Virus record (IMG/VR): IMGVR_UViG_3300045988_148990
Reading direction: 5' to 3' (one strand)
Length of the DNA stretch: 48,744 nt
Source: a virus
Part shown: in pieces, positions 14,379 through 23,099 of the stretch
How positions within the stretch are numbered: position 1 is the first letter of the stretch
Layout of the letters: the number at the start of each line of letters is the position of its first letter
Notes under the pieces: generated by a model
Databases searched by the model: none
What the model saw: only the letters and a program-made list of their open reading frames with translations
Told to the model about the DNA's origin: nothing
Position numbers and translations under genes: made by a program

Positions 14379-14765
14379 TTAGCACTTTCGCAGTTCGATA
14401 GCCTGTAATATCAACTTACGCAGGGCCAAATCGTGCATATCTTCGGGAGTAGTATGAAAAACGTACCATCCGAGTGAGCATGCGGCGTTCCCCTTCTCCA
14501 TATCCTTCAACTGCCCCACGCCACCGCTATGTCTGCCACCCGTGAAGATGCCTCCGTCCACTTCGATTGCGATTTTCAGTTCGGGACAGGCATAGTCAAA
14601 CCTCCACTTCCTCGTGGGATGAAAGGGCCACTCCGCCCACCACTCTCCCCCAAGGAGCTGCTCGTAGATTTTCGAGTAAGCGTTCTTGCACGGGTATTTT
14701 TTCTCCTTTGCCATTAACTCATTCAGCATTTCCCTCCAAGAAGCCGATAACCTCGTCATAGGCAC
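14379..14765 (-). CDS. PD-(D/E)xK endonuclease, Vsr/DUF559-like
   Basis: WRFDYACPELKIAIEVDGGIF...H...DMEK...LGWYVFHTT. Confidence 0.55.
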   Translation of the reverse strand: MPMTRLSASWREMLNELMAKEKKYPCKNAYSKIYEQLLGGEWWAEWPFHPTRKWRFDYACPELKIAIEVDGGIFTGGRHSGGVGQLKDMEKGNAACSLGWYVFHTTPEDMHDLALRKLILQAIELRKC

Positions 14766-14907
14766 GGGCCTTTGCTCTCAGTTCAGCGAGGACAATAGGG
14801 TTAGTGGTTTTCGGGTTTTCGCTTGCTTTCCAAAGCACCTCGGAGCGGTACTTGAACTCGTTGAGAATCTGTTCGTGTGTCATATCAAAAATCTTCTTGG
14901 TTGTCAA
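14719..14907 (-). CDS. hypothetical protein (62 aa)
   Basis: Track ORF bridging dnaB and the nuclease gene. Confidence 0.4.
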   Translation of the reverse strand: MTTKKIFDMTHEQILNEFKYRSEVLWKASENPKTTNPIVLAELRAKARAYDEVIGFLEGNAE

Positions 14908-16261
14908 ACAAATCGGTATTGACAGGCTGAGGCTCTGCCGTAGGTTCGGCCACGGGTTCGGGCTGAATCGTTACAGCGTGCGCCTCCTCGTGGAAATCCG
15001 CATAACTATCGTTGCCCACAAGGTGAAGGGCCTCCTCGTCCGTGCAGTTGCCTCCCCTGTTCTTTCTGAGCCAAAGGTCTATGTGGTCTCTCTTGATAGT
15101 GCCGAACTCGTCCTTGGGCCTTTCGAGCATAATAACAATATCCGCATCCTGTTCGATAGAGCCGCTATCACGCAAGTCTGTGAGTTGCGGGCTACGGCAC
15201 TCCTTTGCGCTCTCCCGGTTCAACTGACAGAGAAGGACAATAGGGATGTTGCACTCTTGCGCCAAATTCTTGAACCGCTTGGTAATATCTCCGATAACCT
15301 GCGCCAAGGTTTTTCTCCTATCATCGTAGGAAATAAGCCCAAGGTAATCCACGAAGGCTATCTTGCACTTCCCCGCTTGTGCGTCAAGTGATATGCTCGT
15401 GCATATCTCGTCAAGAGACCTCGCTCTGTCATTGATTGACATGTACTTGTTAGTAACCATCTGAGCAGCCCTCTCGTAGTTCTCCCAATTCACATCACAG
15501 TTCACAATCTCGAAGGTGGAGACAAGGCCCGTGCCGACTATGAGCCGTTGCACTAACTCCTCGTCCGTCATTTCGAGGGAGTAGTAGGAGGTGGGCACAC
15601 CGTTCCGAGAGGCAGTCATGGCCATCTGCAAGGCGATAGTGGTTTTACCCACGGAGGGACGGGCCGCGAGTATAGCCAAGTTGCCACTGCCAAACCCACC
15701 ATACAGGTAGTAATCGAGTCCCGCAAATGGCGTTGCGACACGGGCCTTCTTCCCGCTCTGTATGTTGTCCGCAAGGCGGTTTACAATCTCTTGCGTGGTC
15801 TTTGCTATTCCGCTATCAACCTTGTCCCTAATCTCCTTTGCAAGATTGGTATGGCGAGCCAAGATAGAGGGCGCAGGGTCTCCATTGGTAATCGCTTGCA
15901 GAGCCTCAATATCGGCCTTGTAAATGACCCTCTTGACATAGGTATCCCAAAGGGCCGCACCAAGTTGCAGAATACCCTGTCCGGATACCGTTTCTGTGCT
16001 CAAAATTTTATCGAAAAAGTGTTTCCTGTCCACCTTGGGGGAAACTGTCGTTAAGTCCACGTTTTCGCCCTTGTTATACATGTCAACGATAGTTCGCCAA
16101 ATGGCCTTGTTCTTCTCGTCCGAGAAACACTCAGGCTTAACAATCCGCAAGAGTTCGGAGAAGTAGTTCATATCAACGAGGAGGGAGTTGAGAAGTTTTC
16201 TCTCCATTATTGACGAATCTGGCATAGGGAAGTCTGAGAGTATGTGTTCTACCTGTCTCAT
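14885..16261 (-). CDS. dnaB: replicative DNA helicase DnaB
   Basis: 458 aa. Walker A in LAILAARPSVGKTTIAL. DnaB-like motifs IAFVDYLGLI and QLNRESAKECRSPQLTDLRDSGSIEQDADIV. Confidence 0.9.
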   Translation of the reverse strand: MRQVEHILSDFPMPDSSIMERKLLNSLLVDMNYFSELLRIVKPECFSDEKNKAIWRTIVDMYNKGENVDLTTVSPKVDRKHFFDKILSTETVSGQGILQLGAALWDTYVKRVIYKADIEALQAITNGDPAPSILARHTNLAKEIRDKVDSGIAKTTQEIVNRLADNIQSGKKARVATPFAGLDYYLYGGFGSGNLAILAARPSVGKTTIALQMAMTASRNGVPTSYYSLEMTDEELVQRLIVGTGLVSTFEIVNCDVNWENYERAAQMVTNKYMSINDRARSLDEICTSISLDAQAGKCKIAFVDYLGLISYDDRRKTLAQVIGDITKRFKNLAQECNIPIVLLCQLNRESAKECRSPQLTDLRDSGSIEQDADIVIMLERPKDEFGTIKRDHIDLWLRKNRGGNCTDEEALHLVGNDSYADFHEEAHAVTIQPEPVAEPTAEPQPVNTDLFDNQEDF

Positions 16262-16992
16262 TTGTATATGGTTCTATATTGTTCTTCGGTAAGGCCCATC
16301 TGCTCCCACGGGGTGCGTTTGGGTGTCTGTGGTTTTGGTTGGAACACGGGCTTTTGAACGGAGGGCTTGTTATATTCCTTTCCCGCCCATGTGGCGAGCC
16401 TACGGGATATTTCAAACGCACCACTCTCCGCTCTCTTTACCTCCCACCGCAACTTGCGGCCATTGGCCTCTGTCCAATAGTCAATAAAGGCATTTACCAT
16501 AGTACGGCCATACTTATCCACGTAAGGTTCGCACATTTCATGAAATTTTGCCCGTTTCTCGGACAAAACCTGTTCATCAGTTTTATCTTTATTATTATCT
16601 TTATTATTATTGGGTATCGTTTCAATACTACCTCCGTTATCGAAAGAATACCGCCCGTCTGCTGAAACGATACCACCCCTATTATCGTTTTGACAACACT
16701 CATCGAAGGTGGTCTTGTAGTCACAAAACTTCACCCCGTTATGGATGACCTCTCTCTTTTTCAAGAGACCCTTCTCCACAAGGCGGTCAAGTATTTTCTT
16801 GGCATTAGGCCTTGTCACATTCAGAGCCGTTGTGATATAGTTGAGCGAACCGTGGAAGTGCGCCTCTCCATTCTGACAAAAGCCGTAGATAAGTGCATAC
16901 ATGATAAGTTCGTTACCACTGAGGCCAAGGTCAACAATCATAAAGCCTTGAATGGTAATGTGGTTGTCTCTCTGAAATCTCTTGTATCCCAT
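16258..16992 (-). CDS. replication initiator / helicase-loader candidate (wHTH N-domain, low-complexity linker, C-domain)
   Basis: wHTH in NYITTALNVTRPNAKKILDRLVEKGLL. Linker NNNKDNNKDK. Lies directly upstream of dnaB with a 4-nt overlap. Confidence 0.5.
   Translation of the reverse strand: MGYKRFQRDNHITIQGFMIVDLGLSGNELIMYALIYGFCQNGEAHFHGSLNYITTALNVTRPNAKKILDRLVEKGLLKKREVIHNGVKFCDYKTTFDECCQNDNRGGIVSADGRYSFDNGGSIETIPNNNKDNNKDKTDEQVLSEKRAKFHEMCEPYVDKYGRTMVNAFIDYWTEANGRKLRWEVKRAESGAFEISRRLATWAGKEYNKPSVQKPVFQPKPQTPKRTPWEQMGLTEEQYRTIYK
16583..16692. repeat. origin-like repeat cluster inside the initiator linker
   Basis: 12-bp tandem TTATCTTTATTA x2.3 at 16583..16611. 11-bp perfect inverted repeat GGTATCGTTTC/GAAACGATACC (16613..16623 with 16664..16674). 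Extra TATCG(A/T)3 copies at 16639 and 16684. Confidence 0.75.
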
Positions 16993-16996
16993 ATTA

Positions 16997-17296
16997 TTAT
17001 CTCCCTGCGGGGACTACATTCTCAAAGAAAAAGCGGTAGCCCTTCTGTGTTAATTCATATACAAACTTTCCTTCATGGTTTCGGCAAATGAGCCGAAGAT
17101 AGCCATGAGCAATTACGCTCTGAATGCCCCTGTGAACCTTCCTATACGAGAGGTACGGAAACTCTTCCAAAATGTCCTTTACAGGCTCGGTGAATCGGCC
17201 ATCGTCACTCGCCATGGCGTCCATAAAAAAGACGTTCATAAGCAACGCTCCTTCCAATCCCACCTCAACTGCCAAAGATGAATATACTTTGTGCAT
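16997..17296 (-). CDS. putative winged-helix regulator (99 aa)
   Basis: Track ORF; first gene of the leftward operon, divergent from the XRE gene. Confidence 0.45.
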   Translation of the reverse strand: MHKVYSSLAVEVGLEGALLMNVFFMDAMASDDGRFTEPVKDILEEFPYLSYRKVHRGIQSVIAHGYLRLICRNHEGKFVYELTQKGYRFFFENVVPAGR

Positions 17297-17307
17297 GATA
17301 ATAAAAT

Positions 17308-17350
17308 TTGCCCCTTGCTTGGTACTCGAACCTTACCTTACAAGGGGCAA
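17308..17350. promoter_or_regulatory. 10-bp perfect inverted repeat TTGCCCCTTG/CAAGGGGCAA in the divergent control region
   Basis: Arms at 17308..17317 and 17341..17350, with a 23-nt spacer, 12 nt from ATG 17296. Confidence 0.5.
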
Positions 17351-17575
17351 CTACAAAAGGGTAGTATATTGCTTGTGCGCTCACAGGGTTCGAGGCTGAT
17401 GGGCGGCTTTCATTCTGATTTCGATGCAAAGTAATGAAATTTTTTCCACAAAAGCAAGGAAAATCCCCAAAAGTTGTATCGGTGCAGAACGGACTCATAA
17501 ATAACAACCCCCTCCTTTTCCTTGACTTCTCGTGCGTATTTCTCAAATTTTTCTTGCGTTATTCAAATTTTTGCG

Positions 17576-17583
17576 TACCTTTG
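17576..17583 (+). promoter_or_regulatory. -7 box TACCTTTG for the rightward operon
   Basis: Exact match. Preceded by two TCAAATTTTT direct repeats at 17543 and 17563. Confidence 0.6.
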
Positions 17584-17619
17584 CCCTCACAATCCGATAA
17601 GGAAAATGAGAAAAAGAGT

Positions 17620-17931
17620 ATGATATTCAAACTGAACGAGGCGATTGCCCATGCCAAAGAGAAGGGTCTCGTTGGCAAAAAAGAACTCACAAGCCTTGCA
17701 GAGGTATTGTGGCCCGGAAGCAAAAAGCACTCCGCGTATGTGAATTTTCTGAACCTCAAAACAGGTCGCACCAAGAAGGTGGATATTGAGAATGTGCCCA
17801 CCATCTGCCGAATCCTCGGTGTAAGTGCCGACTTCCTGTTTGGCCTGACGGATGTGCCGAACATCACTCCCAAGAAAGACGAAATAGCGGACAAGGCCCG
17901 CGAAATCATGAGCATAGTAAGTAACCTTTAA
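17620..17931 (+). CDS. XRE-family HTH regulator
   Basis: Track ORF 17434..17931 trimmed to ATG 17620. LTSLAEVL...ICRILGVSADFLFGL. Confidence 0.6.
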   Translation: MIFKLNEAIAHAKEKGLVGKKELTSLAEVLWPGSKKHSAYVNFLNLKTGRTKKVDIENVPTICRILGVSADFLFGLTDVPNITPKKDEIADKAREIMSIVSNL

Positions 17932-17941
17932 CTTTTCTACA

Positions 17942-19000
17942 ATGGACGAAAAAAGCAACCTTGGCGCATTCAACCTTGCGCCCGATGTGACTGCCGAACA
18001 GATGCAGGCGGTTTTCTTCGACCCTAACGCACTCCGCGTGCCCAATTTCCGCCTGTACCAACTGAACACCCGTGGTACTCGCTACTACTACACCCTTGAC
18101 GATGAAGGTGTGCCCACCTTCTACCCATCCGTCACCACCATTTTGCACGAGGTCTCACCTCGTAATCCTTTCCTCGAAAAGTGGCGGGCCGAAATGGGCC
18201 TTGAAAAGGCCGAGGCTTACACGCAGGAGAGGGCCAACTATGGTACATTCATGCACGGACAGATTGAGAAACTCCTCGTAGCCCGTTCCTACGACCTTGA
18301 CAACCTCAAAGCGGAACTATCCAAGTACATCGAGAGAGAGCAACTCCCCCTGTCCTTCGTGAACTACGCAGAGGACTTGAAGAAGGATATTATTGCTTTC
18401 GCGCAGTTTGTGATTGACTACGATATTCTTCCTCTGTGCATTGAGCAATCCTTGTACTCCAAGAAGGGCTACGCAGGCATGATAGACCTCGTTTGCAACA
18501 TGAGGGTCTATACCAAGGACGAGGAGGCCAAGGCACGCGAAAAGAAGGGTGAGAAGTGGACGGACAAGGACGAGGAGAAGTACACCAAGCGCATTATTGC
18601 CATGGTGGACTTCAAGAGTGGCCGAAAGGGGTTCTACGAGAGCCATATCCACCAACTCTACCTCTACCGCGACATGTGGGCCGAGCACTATCCCGACCTG
18701 CCCATTCAGAGCGTGTTCAATTGGTCTCCGAAGGACTGGAGAAAAGCACCCGCCTACAACTTCGAGTGCCAAGACGAGGCGATAGACCCCCGTATCACAG
18801 CCTGCCTGTTGGAGCAATACAAACTCCGCAAGACCGAGACCAAATCCGTCACCCTCGTAAAGGGCCTTATTGACCTCTCTGAGGGACTTTCGGAGAACTA
18901 CACTACTCTTACCTTGGAGGAGTTAGTAAAAGAACGCAGCAAGGCCGAAAACGAGGAAGTGGAACAGGACGAAAGCCCGCTTTTCCCCGAAGAAGAATAA
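17942..19000 (+). CDS. PD-(D/E)xK (RecB/Cas4-like) exonuclease
   Basis: YGTFMHGQIE; GYAGMIDLVC; IAMVDFKSG; HIHQLYLY. Confidence 0.6.
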   Translation: MDEKSNLGAFNLAPDVTAEQMQAVFFDPNALRVPNFRLYQLNTRGTRYYYTLDDEGVPTFYPSVTTILHEVSPRNPFLEKWRAEMGLEKAEAYTQERANYGTFMHGQIEKLLVARSYDLDNLKAELSKYIEREQLPLSFVNYAEDLKKDIIAFAQFVIDYDILPLCIEQSLYSKKGYAGMIDLVCNMRVYTKDEEAKAREKKGEKWTDKDEEKYTKRIIAMVDFKSGRKGFYESHIHQLYLYRDMWAEHYPDLPIQSVFNWSPKDWRKAPAYNFECQDEAIDPRITACLLEQYKLRKTETKSVTLVKGLIDLSEGLSENYTTLTLEELVKERSKAENEEVEQDESPLFPEEE

Positions 19001-19138
19001 GTTTCACCGAGGGATAGTGTAACAGGGGTTTGGCCACCCTAAACAACACGCTCGGATGACAACCGAGAAATGGCGTGAAAGCCGACCTCCCTCTTTTTAT
19101 AACAAACTACTATGGCAGGAAGAATCCAATTTTTTTCT

Positions 19139-19146
19139 TATATTTG
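19139..19146 (+). promoter_or_regulatory. -7 box TATATTTG for HNH H2
   Basis: Exact match, followed by a roughly 95-nt leader carrying the hairpin GGATAGG..CCTATCC. Confidence 0.5.
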
Positions 19147-19244
19147 TAGAGGGGATAGGTGGGAGTAATTACCCTATCCGAAAGCGGGTTGCGACATTCC
19201 CGTTTCCCCTCTTTACAAATGTCGCTCTAAAAATTGTCGCAAAT

Positions 19245-19799
19245 ATGGAAAAAGAAATTTGGAAACCCGTAAAGGGTTATGAGGGACTTTATGAAGTAAG
19301 CAACCTCGGGAGGGTGAGAAGCCTACCAAGAACAGAAGTGTGCGGCTCTTTAATTAGAAGGAGGCGTGGGACAGAATTGAGGCCATCTGTGAGGAATGGA
19401 TATATGAGGGTTACTCTGAGCAAAAATGGAGCACACAATCGGACATTCATCCATAGGCTCGTTGCAACAGCCTTCATTCCAAACACCGAATCGCTGCCAT
19501 TCATAAACCACAAGGACGAGAATCCTTCCAATAATTCAGCCGAAAACTTAGAGTGGTGTGACGGGTTCTATAATATGAATTATGGGACATGCAAGATAAG
19601 ACAAGCACTTCACAACCCGAGAAGAAAACCTGTTTTCCAATACTCGTTAGATGGAGTTTTTATAGCGGAATATAGTTCTTCAAGACAAGCGGGACTTGCC
19701 CTTGGGGTGTGTCAAGCAGGCATATCCGCTTGTTGCAACGGAAAGGCAAAAACCGCATATGGTTACAAATGGTATCATAAAAAGCAAGAAATAGTATGA
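19245..19799 (+). CDS. free-standing HNH homing endonuclease, paralog H2
   Basis: Track ORF trimmed to MEKEIWKPVKGYEGLYEVSNLGRVRS. IHRLVATAFIPN...INHKDENPSNNSAENLEW. Its stop overlaps the next start as ATGA. Confidence 0.85.
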   Translation: MEKEIWKPVKGYEGLYEVSNLGRVRSLPRTEVCGSLIRRRRGTELRPSVRNGYMRVTLSKNGAHNRTFIHRLVATAFIPNTESLPFINHKDENPSNNSAENLEWCDGFYNMNYGTCKIRQALHNPRRKPVFQYSLDGVFIAEYSSSRQAGLALGVCQAGISACCNGKAKTAYGYKWYHKKQEIV

Positions 19800-20497
19800 A
19801 CGGTAGAATTAAGCAAGAAACAAAACCCCGCCTCCCATTCCCTATTATTGGGAAAATTAAGTGTGGCGAAAAGAATGAACGTGGCATCCCTCGCTCGTTG
19901 GACTACTTCGTAGCATCATCAAACTATGCCCCCCTGTTCACGCAGGCTTACGGGGAGAAACCTTCCACCATTCAGATTGTTTTCCCCTCTGACGATGCGG
20001 AACTCGTTTGCAGGGAGGAATACGTTCTGAGGGACGGACAGGGCAAACTCGTAGCCACGGGGGACGGAGAGACCTTCAAAACGTGGTCGGAGAAGGCAAA
20101 GAAGTATATCATCGTCACCACCACCGAGCAACCCGACATCATGGCTATGTTGGAGAAACACTATAAGCAAGAGTGGAAAATCACACTGACCTTGGTGTTC
20201 ATTCTCCCCCTTGTTAGAGGCATTATGGGTTGTTGGCAGTTCCAAACCAAAGGTTCAGCCTCCACCATTCCGCAGGTGCGGGATGCCTTTGATGCTATGC
20301 TTGAAACCAACGGCAAGGCCGCAGGGGTTATCTTCGACCTCTCTGTCAAGATGCACGTGTCGCAGAAACCAAACGAGAAATCCCGTTACCCCGTGGTGAC
20401 GCTCGTACCCAATGAAAGCCTTGAGAATTTGCAGAAGGTACACGAGGCAAGGAAGCCTATCGCGCTTATCGAAAGTCCTGAAAATGCAAAAAAGTAA
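19796..20497 (+). CDS. hypothetical protein (233 aa); positional candidate for the exonuclease partner (annealase/SSB)
   Basis: Track ORF with no motif I can name. The call rests on position only. Confidence 0.3.
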   Translation: MNGRIKQETKPRLPFPIIGKIKCGEKNERGIPRSLDYFVASSNYAPLFTQAYGEKPSTIQIVFPSDDAELVCREEYVLRDGQGKLVATGDGETFKTWSEKAKKYIIVTTTEQPDIMAMLEKHYKQEWKITLTLVFILPLVRGIMGCWQFQTKGSASTIPQVRDAFDAMLETNGKAAGVIFDLSVKMHVSQKPNEKSRYPVVTLVPNESLENLQKVHEARKPIALIESPENAKK

Positions 20498-20528
20498 AAT
20501 TTTTCTTGCTTTTCTCGAAAGTTATACT

Positions 20529-20536
20529 TACCTTTG
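20529..20536 (+). promoter_or_regulatory. -7 box TACCTTTG
   Basis: Exact match, 28 nt upstream of ATG 20565. Confidence 0.55.
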
Positions 20537-20564
20537 CCTTAGGAAAAACAAAAGAAACAGAACA

Positions 20565-20852
20565 ATGGAAAAAGAACTTAAAGAACTGCTTAAAAAAGTA
20601 GAGGCCGTAAGAGGGCCGCTCTGCGAAAGAGCGAGTGCTCTGAGGCAGAACATTATGTGTGCCTCCGCTGCCGAATGGATTAAGGGAGAAACCCCACGAT
20701 GCAAGAGGGAACTCGCCATGAGCCGTGACTGCTCCTCTCTGAGGGAAGTGAGGGACGCTATCAACACCATCTTCGACAATCGCCACCTGCTTGACGAAGT
20801 GCTTTCGGCAGGGACACTTGAGAATTTTTTCAAGAAATACAACTATGAGTAA
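20565..20852 (+). CDS. hypothetical protein (95 aa)
   Basis: Track ORF trimmed to MEKELKELLKK. Confidence 0.5.
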   Translation: MEKELKELLKKVEAVRGPLCERASALRQNIMCASAAEWIKGETPRCKRELAMSRDCSSLREVRDAINTIFDNRHLLDEVLSAGTLENFFKKYNYE

Positions 20853-21114
20853 ATCAAAAACCTACAAAGAAAAGAGGGAAAAATATATCTCCGCTCGCAG
20901 AGCCTACGCCAAAGGACAGATAGAGGCCCTTGGCTACCATGTGGAGGAGGAGGATAAATACACCTTGTCTCTCATGTTCCACTGCCACACAATCCGCTTT
21001 TTTCCATATACAGGAGCGATTGTCGGACACGGTATCGTACAAGGCAAGAGGGGGCTGAGAACCCTGCTTGAAATCCTTAAAACAAAAGGCGAGAGCAATT
21101 CCGTGCAGAAATGA
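20845..21114 (+). CDS. hypothetical protein (89 aa)
   Basis: Track ORF trimmed to MSKSKTYKEK; overlaps the upstream stop. Confidence 0.5.
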   Translation: MSKSKTYKEKREKYISARRAYAKGQIEALGYHVEEEDKYTLSLMFHCHTIRFFPYTGAIVGHGIVQGKRGLRTLLEILKTKGESNSVQK

Positions 21115-21207
21115 AACGATACGTTGACGAGGAATTATAGCCAAGGAAACCATCCCCTACAAAAACTACGGAGAGCAAACAAAAGAACACGTAAACTGTA
21201 ATTCAAA

Positions 21208-21300
21208 ATGAAAATAAGTGAACTTAAAAACCTCAAAGTGGAGGAGGAAATTAAACGTCTGCGGGATATGATGAACGAAATTAACAACATTGGGAAATGA
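21208..21300 (+). CDS. micro-ORF (30 aa)
   Basis: MKISELKNLKVEEEIKRLRDMMNEINNIGK. Has an ATGA overlap with the next ORF. Confidence 0.3.
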   Translation: MKISELKNLKVEEEIKRLRDMMNEINNIGK

Positions 21301-21398
21301 CAATCACCGTAATATATTTCAAAGACGAGGGGTTTACCCATGTTAAAGTCGGATATCTATATCCGAACTCCAACCACCTAAATTATAATTCAAAATAG
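21297..21398 (+). CDS. micro-ORF (33 aa)
   Basis: MTITVIYFKDEGFTHVKVGYLYPNSNHLNYNSK. Ends 1 nt before ATG 21400. Confidence 0.3.
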   Translation: MTITVIYFKDEGFTHVKVGYLYPNSNHLNYNSK

Positions 21399-21399
21399 T

Positions 21400-21699
21400 A
21401 TGTTACAACTAATTATCGTAAGCGTTATTGTCTCTATATTCACGTTCATCTGCGTTTTCTTCTGTGGCGCATATTGTCACGCTGTGAAAAAAGAAGGTGA
21501 CGGGTTGTCCAAGAGCGATGCCGTTTGGCTTTTTTTCGTTACTGCGATTTGCATCTTCATGAGTGCCCTTTGTTGGGTGGGGACGGGAAAGGCAAGAGTG
21601 AAAACAAGGGAACTCCCCACCATCGAGCGCAAGGTTACACAGAGGGAACAAGAGGGAGAAATCAAATCTGATACGCTGTATATTTTTAAGTTCAGATAA
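21400..21699 (+). CDS. membrane protein (2 TM, 99 aa)
   Basis: LIIVSVIVSIFTFICVFFCGAY and VWLFFVTAICIFMSALCWVG. Confidence 0.6.
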   Translation: MLQLIIVSVIVSIFTFICVFFCGAYCHAVKKEGDGLSKSDAVWLFFVTAICIFMSALCWVGTGKARVKTRELPTIERKVTQREQEGEIKSDTLYIFKFR

Positions 21700-21700
21700 T

Positions 21701-21976
21701 ATGGATTATAAGTTTCTCGAAGAAATAATGCTCCGTTGGAATAACAGCGAACTAAGGAAAGAGGGAGGGGTTTGGCTTGCGTGTACCGAGTGGCTTGTCG
21801 GAACTTTTGCGGGCCGTTCTTTTGAGGGGAAAACAAAACGCCAAGCACTAAGGAGAATGTGTGAGTATTTCGACAAGACATGTGGCTCGTTCACCATGGT
21901 AGGGCAAACACTCGAAAGAATGCAGTGGCCCGACTTGGATATGATATACCAAAAACTATTTGTAGAGGGAGAATAA
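21701..21976 (+). CDS. hypothetical protein (91 aa)
   Basis: Track ORF, with a 1-nt spacing to its neighbours. Confidence 0.55.
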   Translation: MDYKFLEEIMLRWNNSELRKEGGVWLACTEWLVGTFAGRSFEGKTKRQALRRMCEYFDKTCGSFTMVGQTLERMQWPDLDMIYQKLFVEGE

Positions 21977-21977
21977 C

Positions 21978-22190
21978 ATGGAAACAAACGACCTTATTTG
22001 TGTTCTGGCTGGCGAATACGGGCCTTTGTTCGACACCATTGAAATGTGGTGCTGCATACAGAGCCTCGGCATAAAGCCGTACCGTAACAATGCGGAGATG
22101 TGGTGCTTTCGATATGGTAGCATATATGGGAGTGGGGAAACAATCGATGAAGCCGCACGCGATTTTTATAGACACATAGTAAACGGATAA
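21978..22190 (+). CDS. hypothetical protein (70 aa)
   Basis: Track ORF. Confidence 0.5.
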   Translation: METNDLICVLAGEYGPLFDTIEMWCCIQSLGIKPYRNNAEMWCFRYGSIYGSGETIDEAARDFYRHIVNG

Positions 22191-22191
22191 T

Positions 22192-22863
22192 ATGAAAGCA
22201 AACGAACTGATGCTGGGTGACTATATCACCTTCAAAGATAGTGTCGAAACGGACAAAACACCATTGCCCATAAAAGTAATCGGCATTGGGTATGTCGGAA
22301 GGGGCATAGAGAATGAGGCCCTTGTCGAAATCGATGGAGACAAAACATGTGACATTATCGAAATTAACGATGAATGCGTAGGCATCCCGCTCACGGGAGA
22401 AATCCTCAGAAGCAACGGGTTTGGCTACGTGGAGAGTGATGGCGAACTCTTGCATTACTACCCCGGAGAGCCTCACTACTGCGCTGACGTGGACTTCCAC
22501 ATTGGGACGGATAGAAAGGGGCATTTTTGGCTCAACTATCACGGCAATAGCATCTATGGGCTTAGATGCGTCCATGAACTTCAACACGCTCTACGGCTCT
22601 TTGGCAAAGAAGGAGAAATCAAACTGTGGGGTTACACAAACGAAACCGAGTCCAAAGAGAGACGGGCTTATAGGGAGAAATGCAAGCACCTCTCGGAGTA
22701 TGAGGATATTTGCTACCTCTACACGCACCATGGGCCGAATGGTGGTATAACAATGAGGTGCGTGGCATCGGCCAACTGCCCGCGAATGAAACGATACGAC
22801 AAACTGCACGAACAATGGGCAATAAACAAACGTGTCTCGCAAGAGAAATCCAAGAGAAATTAA
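22192..22863 (+). CDS. hypothetical protein (223 aa)
   Basis: Track ORF. Confidence 0.6.
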   Translation: MKANELMLGDYITFKDSVETDKTPLPIKVIGIGYVGRGIENEALVEIDGDKTCDIIEINDECVGIPLTGEILRSNGFGYVESDGELLHYYPGEPHYCADVDFHIGTDRKGHFWLNYHGNSIYGLRCVHELQHALRLFGKEGEIKLWGYTNETESKERRAYREKCKHLSEYEDICYLYTHHGPNGGITMRCVASANCPRMKRYDKLHEQWAINKRVSQEKSKRN

Positions 22864-23099
22864 AAGCCTTACGAACAGAGCAAATCCGGGTCTTTGTTGG
22901 GGGAGTCTTCCCCACACCGAGAGAGTTTGAGAGGCTTTACGCGCAAGAGCCGATACCAATTCTTCCCGGGGTTGGCGGCCCAAGCCCACAGAGTATCACG
23001 CACAATGGTGATGTCTATGTCCGCATGGATGTCGTGGAGCGGATTATCCGCAGCTCTTTCAGCCCAAAGGAGGCGTTAACTAAAATTCGTTCATTATGA
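22815..23099 (+). CDS. hypothetical protein (94 aa)
   Basis: Track ORF 22710..23099 trimmed to MGNKQTCLAREIQ. Confidence 0.4.
   Translation: MGNKQTCLAREIQEKLKALRTEQIRVFVGGVFPTPREFERLYAQEPIPILPGVGGPSPQSITHNGDVYVRMDVVERIIRSSFSPKEALTKIRSL

Noticed and set aside
17442-17450. Matches to the relaxed DnaA box TTWTNCACA (TTTTCCACA at 17442 and 44862; 8/9 matches at about 1380 and 13189) as targets for the DnaA domain IV-like protein.
   Set aside because: About 3 matches are expected by chance in 2 x 48.7 kb. The sites are not clustered, so they give no support on their own.
16997-17931. Lysogeny module (repressor/Cro pair), which would imply a temperate lifestyle.
   Set aside because: No integrase, recombinase, excisionase or attP-like feature was found anywhere in the window, and neither HTH protein has a recognisable CI-type C-terminal domain. 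The lifestyle cannot be called temperate from this sequence.
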